Below, one piece after another: positions 55,789 to 64,000 of a DNA stretch of 64,000 bases. Position numbers and translations under genes: made by a program. The stretch's first letter is position 1. Each line of letters starts with the position of its first letter. The stretch comes from Cyanidioschyzon merolae (taxonomy: Eukaryota): the NCBI GenBank assembly GCA_000091205.1, contig AP006490.2. One strand, given 5' to 3'. The notes below the pieces were generated by a model. The model was given only the letters and a program-made list of their open reading frames with translations. It was not told where the DNA came from and ran no database searches.

Positions 55789-57772
55789 GTGCACATAAAC
55801 GGCGCTCCGGCCTTGATGGGATGTTCATTGCACCATACCGATGTCTTGTACCAGGCGGGATTCCAGTGCCATCTGTCCTGGCTGATGCGCTTTGCGCACC
55901 AAAAGTTTTCCGCGTTCCAGCAAAGTGCTCAGACTGAACACGAAACGATTCTTTCGAACTTTCTCTCGACAGAAAGCCGTTGGATACTCAGGAAGCATGA
56001 GAAATTTCCGGATGTTGATCTAAGCGTTCAAGTCTCGGTACAGGATGTTCTTGCACGTTATGTTGCCGGTGGAATCACACCATAGCACGCCCAACGGATT
56101 CGATGGCCTTGCCGTTCGACGTACGAGCATCTTACCGAACGCCTCTGCTTCAGACGCTTCTTCTCGACCTGTTTCAGCGTGCACCCGGGTTCGGGATGCG
56201 CTGATGTCGTTCTCTACGCATCGATAGGAATCGTACAGAATCGATACCTGCACACATTGGACGCTCTCTTCGACGGAGCATGACCTGGGAATTCGCGCAC
56301 TTCAACATGACAAGTGCCACAGGCTGCGAGCTTACCGTGCGACTGATCAGTTATATCCCTGGCCAACCCAATGAGAAGAGGTTTGCGATTCCTTGCTCCT
56401 TTCCTGCGTACAATCGAGTCCTTTTGCGACTCGATCGCGGTCTCATGGATGATTGCCGCGGATCGTCCACAGAGGCCATTTGAACGTTGATGCACGGTAC
56501 GAGCAAGGAGTACAAAATTAAATTCTGCGTGATATGGATCCTGCCAACGCCATTCCATCGGGTCGTATGATCCATTATATCCCTGATGCCGGACGCATGA
56601 TAATGTCGAGACCTGAAAGAATCAGGCTGCAATTCATGAGGTGTTCCTAGCATTAGCACTGGTACAAAGGTATGATCGAATCGCTCGGCTGGAATTGGAC
56701 GCATTGAAGACCTTCCATGGAATCCTCTACGGAAACTTTCGTGAAGAAATGCTTCAAGGCGAGATAAGCTAGGTATTCCATCATGACGTCCAAATTAATA
56801 TTTTGAAAGATTTTCCCCGTTGGTGACTTTTAGAACGGAGGTACCGACAACGGGTCCACACTGATCTTCCTCCTCCGACAGATTTCCATGCTGTTTCTCT
56901 GCGTCCTCTTTCCGGGAGGGTCTTTCACGTTTTTGTCCGTTTTCCCGATTTCTCGTTTACCTCGCTTGGTAGCATAGACGTGGTCGCTGTATCCCATCTC
57001 CGTGCTTTCCATTGAATTCAGACGCACCGGATGGGCGACGGAACTGAAACTTGCCTCTCATGTTCATGTACCTGGTGTTGCTCAGGTGCCTTTTCGTCAC
57101 CCTTACCATGGCGTACACGCGCTTGGACCGAATCGGGCATGGCCTCCCTGTCCCGCATCCGAGCACAGTACCAACAGAGCAGCTCAGTGCTGGTGAAGCT
57201 ACAAAATGGATTGTCGAAGTCTTTTTGGGCCGCGGATGCGAACGACTCGTCCATGCATGCGTGAGCGTGAAAGTTGCGTTTTACGATACAGAAGACGCAT
57301 TCGACGCATTGTGCTGATACCGATGAGCGTTGCCACGAGCGACCGACTCGGCAGCTTGCCGCCGCCCTAGCTCCCAATGTCTCGTTTCCGAGGTACTCTT
57401 TCGAACGCTGACGCGAGCCTACGCCAGCAAGATGCGCACATTTCAGGTCGATCTGGATGGAACCTGGGTTGCCACGCTCGCGCTTCCTCCATCCCGACAT
57501 TCCCCATGTATCAACAAGACAAAAAAGGTTGCGCTGTACACCGCTCATCGATCATGTACTGGACGCCGTCGAGCTGGTGCGCACCAGACTAGCCATCATA
57601 CGCACTACACAGAAACGTCATACGCGTGCACAAGCTTTGAGCATGATCTGCTCCGCTGCTGCCGGGACCTGCCCCGGATCCAGCGCTAGTCTAGTAGCAG
57701 CTGCATTTGCGCCACGCTGTGTGCCAATGATGTGCTAGGTGCACCGCTCGAGATCACGCAAACACTCTAAAA

Positions 57773-58591
57773 ATGAAGTACAGAGGCCTCCAAGGCTTGT
57801 CAGTTGCGCGCCTGGCAACATCCTTGAGGATCCAGTACCAGCGCCGAGATCTGCAGCGAATCTCCCGGCAGCGCGCGGCGTCAAGACAGATTCCTCGTCT
57901 GAAGTACGGACTCGCTGTGGGCCTTTCTGAGAATATGTTCGTTTTTGGAGCTTACTGGTTCGACTGTGGTGAAAGAGCGGTCTTACCTGCAAATAGCAGG
58001 GGCGCACTGCGCCCACAGTGCACCAGGCTGCGTTTCTGGCGTGGTCGATACTGGCACCGCGGTGCTGTGTCCGCGTTGAGGCGCGTGCGGCCGCTCAGCG
58101 CTTCGACACCGTCGCCGCGGGTGCTCGACGGATCGCAGTCGTTGGCGGATACCCCCGACAACGTTCAGCAGTTGTTGCAGCACATGAGTCAGGAGCTCGA
58201 CAGCGTTGTTCAGAGTATGGTGCATCTCGAGGAGTACGCACTCGAGCAGGTCGAGAAGTTGAAAGGCGCCATGGAAGCGGACCTACGAAAGCTAGCACTT
58301 TACGAGGAGGAGCAGGCCTTTGCACAGAAACTAACTGAGCAGCTCCAGAAAAAGGAAGGTGCTGTTTTTGAGGCGATGCGTCATTTTCTCTTCCATGTCG
58401 TGGGCCTGCAGGAGCAGACGGTAGCGATTACCAATGAGCTGCAGGTGCTGCACGAATTCGTGAGCGAGAATCATGAACGAGTCGAGCTCGTTCTCGAGTC
58501 TCTGCGGGAAAGGGGCCTATTTGGATCGCGCCAGGACGTTTTCGAGGGCGAGGTCAAGAAGAAACTCGACCGATTCGACCCAGAAATATGA
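57773..58591 (+). CDS. hypothetical coiled-coil protein (272 aa from first ATG; possibly shorter)
   Basis: ATG at 57773 (aaaATGa). The C-terminal about 140 aa are strongly heptad-like (MSQELDSVVQSMVHLEEYALEQVEKLKGAMEADLRKLALYEEEQAFAQKLTEQLQKK...). The N-terminal half is R/W-rich and may be 5' UTR if translation starts at an internal ATG. Confidence 0.4.
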   Translation: MKYRGLQGLSVARLATSLRIQYQRRDLQRISRQRAASRQIPRLKYGLAVGLSENMFVFGAYWFDCGERAVLPANSRGALRPQCTRLRFWRGRYWHRGAVSALRRVRPLSASTPSPRVLDGSQSLADTPDNVQQLLQHMSQELDSVVQSMVHLEEYALEQVEKLKGAMEADLRKLALYEEEQAFAQKLTEQLQKKEGAVFEAMRHFLFHVVGLQEQTVAITNELQVLHEFVSENHERVELVLESLRERGLFGSRQDVFEGEVKKKLDRFDPEI

Positions 58592-60080
58592 CGATCTGGC
58601 ACTGAACGCCGCAGTTGCGCTGCGAATCGATGACGCTGCCAGCACCGGTACCGACATCCATCGAGGAGCCGTCCTGGAGCGCACGCTTACGACGGGAATG
58701 CACTGATCGCACTATTGGATAAGCGCTCGCTTCGAGCATCCGAGAGCATCTAACGGTACGATGTGCGCTGGTGTACTGTGCAGCAAGCCACGCTGGAGCC
58801 CAGTAGTGGGCACAAGGCAGCCAGCGGCTTGTCCGGACTACAGGGGCAGCGCGAGCGCCTGCGCAAGGCGATTCGTCGCTGTGTGCCGCCGGGCAATGCA
58901 GCCTATCGCCTGTGAAAGCAGCGAGTCGCAGGGCTGCCGCTTATATGCAATATTTGCGCTGCGTTCGCTGGTAATGACCATGATAGCCTACTGAGGAGTA
59001 AGTGTCAGGTGGATTACCTGGTAACAGGTGCTGGGATCCATTGGGCGACCATTAGGCTCAAATTTGACGTTTATGTGTCTCCAATGCGAACCTGATTCAC
59101 AAACAACTGGAAAAGATGACTGCTCGCAGATATCCTTGCATCAGAGTGCTACTCTTGATTTACAATGCATGTAACATATGGGAAAGATGCTCCGCGGCAA
59201 TCGTGGCTGCGGCGATCGATCGTGCAGTACCGCAGGTACGGGCGATACGTTCGCTCCGAGTGGCGGCTGCACAAAACTGCCCGGAGCATGTGCTTGCTCC
59301 AGTGCCCAACCTGGTGCTTTATTTGCGACTCTTTGGGCGCATTTTTAATGTACGCCAGATGCCAGCTACGCAGGATGGACGCGACGCCGTCCATTCTTCG
59401 ACTTCGGACTCGTACCAGTGCACGCTCTCTACCATGACGTATGTGTCGTGGCAACGCTGGATGCGCTGCGCAATCGCCATAGCGAGCTGCTCTTCGGAAG
59501 CCGACCAGCGTGCATCGTCCATGAGCTCGGGTACGGTTTCATCGATCCATTCAGACGTAACCTCTTCGAACACGTAAACGGAACGCATGGGGTATCGTGT
59601 GTCGGTTGCACTGTTCGAGTCCTCCAGGCGAAACGCTGTATACTGCATGATCTCGTGGTGTCTGTAGAGACGCTTCGTGCTGCGAACAACACCAACGCCT
59701 TATGGGGTGAGTCGGTACCCGTTGAGCAGCAACGCAAACCAGTCGAGCGATCATCTCGAAGAAAGCGTCAGTCAAACGTTCTGAACACACACTGACGACT
59801 CTTGTCAAAGACACTGCACTTTAGGAATCAGGCACGACCCGCGTGCCCTGTCAATCCAACAGTGCGCCGTTGATTCGGATGACTAGTCCAGCGGGTCAAG
59901 GGCGCTGCGATCGGAATCAACGCTTGACTGACAGTCGCTGCACGATGTAGTGCTTTTGCAGTTTCGCTCTATGAGTGACACAGGTGCGCTATGCAGTCCA
60001 GCGTCTTGAGCGCTTTCTGGAAATAGCGTGGTACAGTTCAAGGAGCGAACAGACACGCTTGCGGCTAAGCTTGATCGTTC

Positions 60081-62144
60081 ATGGCGGAAGAGCCGGCGAC
60101 TCCAGCAGACACCGAGCTGCGGGACTCGCAAGGCGCTGACACTAGCCAGGAAGGGTCCTGGAGCCCCCACGAGTACCTCATTGAGCAGCCGCTGCACGTA
60201 AAGCAGCACCAAGGCGACGAGGCATCAGTTGCGGCCGACAGCGCACTGCCAACTGCCGAGACGGCTATGTGCACTGCACCAGCGCTGATGGAATACGAGG
60301 GTGATCGTCAGAGCAAAAGGGCTCGCGCCTCGGAGCTGGACTGGCCACCAGCGCTACCTCAAGGCAAAGACGAAGCATCAGCAACTGCTCACAAGACAAA
60401 TAGTGAACATCGCGGGTCAGAGAGCCCCGACGATGTTGAGAAATCGAGTACGCCAGGTCGTACCGACACAGAACTGGACAGGAATAGCACGTTAGTGTCG
60501 AACGCGGATCACGCACGAGAACCCCTGGAGCGACGCCCTGGTGGTGACTATGACGAGCGCGACGCTTGTGCGACTACAGCTATGACAACGGGCGCTGCAC
60601 CCCAAGACCCCGGGGACGAATGCAACGGCGACAGCGACGCTGCATCCACTGTCGACACAGAGCTCCTATTCGAGACACCGCTCGCCATCCTGAAAAAGTT
60701 TCTGGATGGCCACTGGGTAGATGCCGGTCGCGGTCCAGTGCGCATTCTACGCCTACGCAGGTGCAGCGAGTCATCGGGCAACACAGAGACGTTTCTGCGC
60801 ATGGACAGCGGCCTGCGCCCAGTGCTTTACCTCAGACTGGAGCACGAAACGGCACGTACTGCGCGATGGGAAAAAGTTCGCGAACGAAGTATCCGGTTTC
60901 TATGTCCAGTCAGCGGGCAGGGCCCAGTGATGTGTGTGTTGCAGTTGCGCAATGCAGCGACTGCAGACAAGCTGCTGGCCCTGATCGAGCAGGTGGCGTT
61001 TGCTGCGGCCGAAAAGGCGCCAGTGGCATCGTATACTGAGCGTTCAACTGGCGTTCAGTACTCGAGTAGCTTTACTGAGCTGTGGACTAGATTCCAGGCA
61101 GACACAGTACCTGTTTTGGAGCAGTATCGAGCAAAAGCGCTCGACGATGACGAGACGGCTACTGCTCCTCGGGTTGTGCGCTTGGAGCAGCTCATCGATG
61201 CCTCACGCAAGACGCTCGAGCTGCAGGACGCAGCGCAAGAGCGTCTCCTTCAGCTCCTAGAGGAAGCACGCGAGACTTGCACCCGGACAGAGCGCGAGCT
61301 CCAGACTGTGCACCAGCGTCTGTGCCGGCGCATCGCGGCCGTGGAGCCGCAGCTCTCCAAGCTGAGGTCTAGTCTGGGACCCGTCGACTCGCCCGCACCG
61401 CTGACATCGGATCCTGCGAAAGCGCTCTCCAACAATGACCTGATGATCACGTCGGTAGAGACGCGTGCAGCGGAGGCATCCGCGTATGCAGATCCTGCCG
61501 ACTTTCTTGGTTTCTGCGCGCGCTTATGCTCGTTTCGACCAAGCTGCTTCAAGCAGATGCGCTTAGAAGAGAAAGGGGCACAGGGCACGGGATATCCGCT
61601 TGTTATTGAGCTCGCACTTGGCGGATGGACGTATCTCTTGTCTGGGGCGTTGCACTGTGGGCGCTGCGGGGCCACATCAGCTGTCAGTGAACTCGTGAAC
61701 GAGTCGGAATCCAGTACACAGGGATGCAGACACCAGCCTGGGTGTCGCTGGCTCAGCGAGCGCTCTCCGACGACTTTTGCGTCGTTTCGTGCGGACTCGT
61801 CCACAAGTCGGACGGAAGCATGCTGGGCACTGCACCTCGCTGACGCAGTCCGCTACTTGCGCGACGCACTGGAACGCTCCGCGTCTCCAAATGCCTCTGT
61901 TACTGAGCGTGTTGCATTTCGCAAGCTAGCCAGTCATGGTTGGGTATGCCAAACGCGGCAGGAGCGACTGCTTTTTTCCTGTATGTTCTGCGGGACACCG
62001 CGTTTCATGGCTCAGGGCGAGATCGAGCGTAGCCTCGACTCGACCGCAGCCGCAGGTCACCATCGCAGGTACTGTGCGTTCGCGGATACCACTGTTGCTG
62101 TCGATATCGAGCAGCAGCTACGGAATGGAACATCTGCAGCCTGA
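60081..62144 (+). CDS. protein with Ran-binding-domain-like (PH-fold) region and Cys-rich C-terminal part, 687 aa
   Basis: ATG at 60081. Acidic Ser/Thr-rich N-terminus, then ELLFETPLAILKKFLDGHWVDAGRGPVRILRLRR...TFLRMDSGLRPVLYLRL...RSIRFLCPVSGQGPVMCVLQLRNAATADKLLALIEQV. This follows the RanBD1 pattern (KLFRF..W.ERGTG.VKLL...IRLLMRRD..LKI...RF). Family call from pattern memory only. Confidence 0.5.
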   Translation: MAEEPATPADTELRDSQGADTSQEGSWSPHEYLIEQPLHVKQHQGDEASVAADSALPTAETAMCTAPALMEYEGDRQSKRARASELDWPPALPQGKDEASATAHKTNSEHRGSESPDDVEKSSTPGRTDTELDRNSTLVSNADHAREPLERRPGGDYDERDACATTAMTTGAAPQDPGDECNGDSDAASTVDTELLFETPLAILKKFLDGHWVDAGRGPVRILRLRRCSESSGNTETFLRMDSGLRPVLYLRLEHETARTARWEKVRERSIRFLCPVSGQGPVMCVLQLRNAATADKLLALIEQVAFAAAEKAPVASYTERSTGVQYSSSFTELWTRFQADTVPVLEQYRAKALDDDETATAPRVVRLEQLIDASRKTLELQDAAQERLLQLLEEARETCTRTERELQTVHQRLCRRIAAVEPQLSKLRSSLGPVDSPAPLTSDPAKALSNNDLMITSVETRAAEASAYADPADFLGFCARLCSFRPSCFKQMRLEEKGAQGTGYPLVIELALGGWTYLLSGALHCGRCGATSAVSELVNESESSTQGCRHQPGCRWLSERSPTTFASFRADSSTSRTEACWALHLADAVRYLRDALERSASPNASVTERVAFRKLASHGWVCQTRQERLLFSCMFCGTPRFMAQGEIERSLDSTAAAGHHRRYCAFADTTVAVDIEQQLRNGTSAA

Positions 62145-63369
62145 CGCGTATCGGATGGATTGCGTAGAGCTCATTCGAACATGCATGGATACTTCGCAGG
62201 CAGTGCTCAGTGCTCTCTGGGATGGAGAGCAGGTCCCGAACGAGCGCACGTACCTGCCAGCGACGTCTAGACTGGAGCACCCGACAAGCAGCCGCACCAG
62301 ATCACTTTTTGACATCAAGGCAGCTGGCTGCGTACCATTCGCTGGCCTGTAAACAAGCATGGATGTAGCGTTGCAGAAACATCGACGATACGCAGCACCT
62401 CTCTGAAGTTTTATGGATACCGACGCAAGCTGCTTCCTGGCGATGGCGAATGCAGGTGCCTCATGGACAAGCGTTTGATGCAGCGACAGACGCCACGGCA
62501 AGCGCGTCTACGCGGTATGCTAGGCCTCTGCTTGCATCGTTGAATGAGGGCAATGACGCTGAAACTGCAAGAGACTGGCACTTTCCATGGTCCAGTGTTC
62601 GCCTGTCGAGCGCGTGTCTTACAAGGCCGGGAGCAACCCCAGTTGAATTCGTGAGCAGAGTCACTGCCGCGCAAGACTAGTAGACTCGATCGACTGGGTA
62701 CGTGACGGGAAGCTGGACGGCATATTGCGCAGGTGCGATCGCGTGGAAGTGGAATCATACCATGGTGGTGCTCTGATAACCTGGTGTACCAAGATGGACA
62801 AGGGCACTGGGTTTGCGCTCTGGCAGAACAGTTGCACCTGATGTCGACACTGCGCTATGGGTACGCTGCAGTCGACTCTGGATTCAGTACGTTATTCACC
62901 AAGTTTCGTTAACATGTTGACCAGAGGAAGCAACATAGCGTCGCCTATCCGGATCAATCGACGATTGGTACCTCATTGCGCTTCAAGCGGCATACAAGCA
63001 CGCAGGCGCTTTCTTAAACGTCGCCGCCGTCACCAGCGCAACCTGTTCCACGTCACGATACTTTGACAGACTCTGAGCACCCTTCCAGTCCAAGCGCTTC
63101 CCCGTAGACAGTGAAGTAGCAGTAGCGGCACTGGTATCGTCGCTGCCTGTCCTAAGCACTGGATACCGCTGCTCCTGCTTCTAGAATACCCAGGCAACGC
63201 TGCCTTCGCCGCTGACAACCCTCACCAATCGATAAGCAACTCGACGCAGCGGGCGCCTTGCAAGCCGTTCTGCGTACGGCTCCCGTCAAGGTTCCGTAGA
63301 CGTTCGTGATAGGAGCTACAACGCTGACGTTACTTGTCTGCTGCACCAATGTCTGTCTGACGGTCACCA

Positions 63370-64000
63370 ATGTTCATAACAGCACACTGTTTTCGTCATT
63401 GTATACAGGGCGTCGGCTCAACGAGCTGGCACACCAGGGACTGCCCTCGGGGACGATCGAAAAGGTGCCGCCCGGTGTGCGCTTCCCGAGCACTCCCAGC
63501 GCTACGTGCGACGCAGGATCGTACAGAGACTGCTGCGAAACTGACAGTGGCGAGTAATGGTGATGCTCCAGTTTACTGCTACATCGCCAGTTCACCGTTC
63601 AAGAACGATTACCTGGAGCGCGTCCTTAACGCCCGCGTTTACGAAGCGGCCGTTGAGACACCGCTTGACAACGCTCCGCTGCTGTCGCGTCGCCTTGGTC
63701 GACGAGTCCTGCTCAAACGCGAGGATCTCCAGCCAGTTTTCAGTTTCAAGATCCGTGGCGCCTACAATATGATCGCACTCACAGACATGAGCCAGTACGA
63801 AGGCGGAGTCGTTGCAGCCTCCGCTGGTAACCACGCGCAGGGCGTTGCACTGAGTGCGCAGCTGCTCGGGTTGCGTGCCACCATCGTGATGCCTTGCACC
63901 ACACCGTCGATCAAAGTGAATGCGGTTCATCAACGAGGCGCTGAAGCCGTGCTCCACGGCGACACGTTCGATGACGCACAGGCACATGCACTGGCGCTGG
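63370..64000 (+). CDS. threonine dehydratase (threonine ammonia-lyase, IlvA-type), N-terminal part; continues past window end
   Basis: This ORF has no stop inside the window, so it is absent from the track. Hand translation of frame 1 gives YLERVLNARVYEAAVETPLDNAPLLSRRLGRRVLLKREDLQPVFSFKIRGAYNMIALTDMSQYEGGVVAASAGNHAQGVALSAQLLGLRATIVMPCTTPSIKVNAV..., the canonical PLP-binding N-terminus (SFKIRGA lysine, ASAGNHAQG). The first ATG at 63370 gives a 70-aa Arg/Ser/Ala-rich presequence. Confidence 0.8.
   Translation, partial: MFITAHCFRHCIQGVGSTSWHTRDCPRGRSKRCRPVCASRALPALRATQDRTETAAKLTVASNGDAPVYCYIASSPFKNDYLERVLNARVYEAAVETPLDNAPLLSRRLGRRVLLKREDLQPVFSFKIRGAYNMIALTDMSQYEGGVVAASAGNHAQGVALSAQLLGLRATIVMPCTTPSIKVNAVHQRGAEAVLHGDTFDDAQAHALAL

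Overview
This 64-kb window is GC-rich (roughly 55-60% by eye) and looks like a compact, intron-poor eukaryotic nuclear genome. It is not a prokaryotic or phage locus. About 19 protein-coding genes lie on both strands, roughly one per 3.4 kb, each a single uninterrupted ORF. Several products are unambiguous eukaryotic housekeeping proteins: TFIID subunit TAF1 (DUF3591 core plus C-terminal bromodomain), TORC subunit LST8, cohesin kleisin Rad21/Rec8, MCM3, squalene epoxidase, ER-type cyclophilin B, inositol monophosphatase, NADH-cytochrome b5 reductase, a TruA/Pus-family pseudouridine synthase, a SpoU-type RNA 2'-O-methyltransferase, and the N-terminus of threonine dehydratase, which runs off the 3' end. 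The supplied ORF track initiates at TTG/GTG/CTG as well as ATG, so I re-derived most start codons to the first plausible in-frame ATG. I found no CRISPR array, defence island, transposase or other recognisable mobile element. The accessory signal is in the intergenic DNA. (1) Four minisatellite arrays sit in 5'-intergenic regions: 94 bp x4, 100 bp x12, 153 bp x5 and 66 bp x5. (2) Paired E2F-type motifs (TTTSSCGC / GCGCGAAA) lie 65-150 bp upstream of exactly the two classic E2F targets here, Rad21 and MCM3. (3) A roughly 138-bp TATA-containing dispersed element occurs twice, in the same orientation relative to the downstream gene (IMPase, MCM3). (4) A perfect double CACGTG palindrome abuts a TATAAA box in an ORF-poor stretch. 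Organism guess (low confidence): a unicellular alga or protist with E2F/DP and a plant/metazoan-type TAF1, e.g. a cyanidiophyte red alga, or alternatively an intron-poor basidiomycete yeast.
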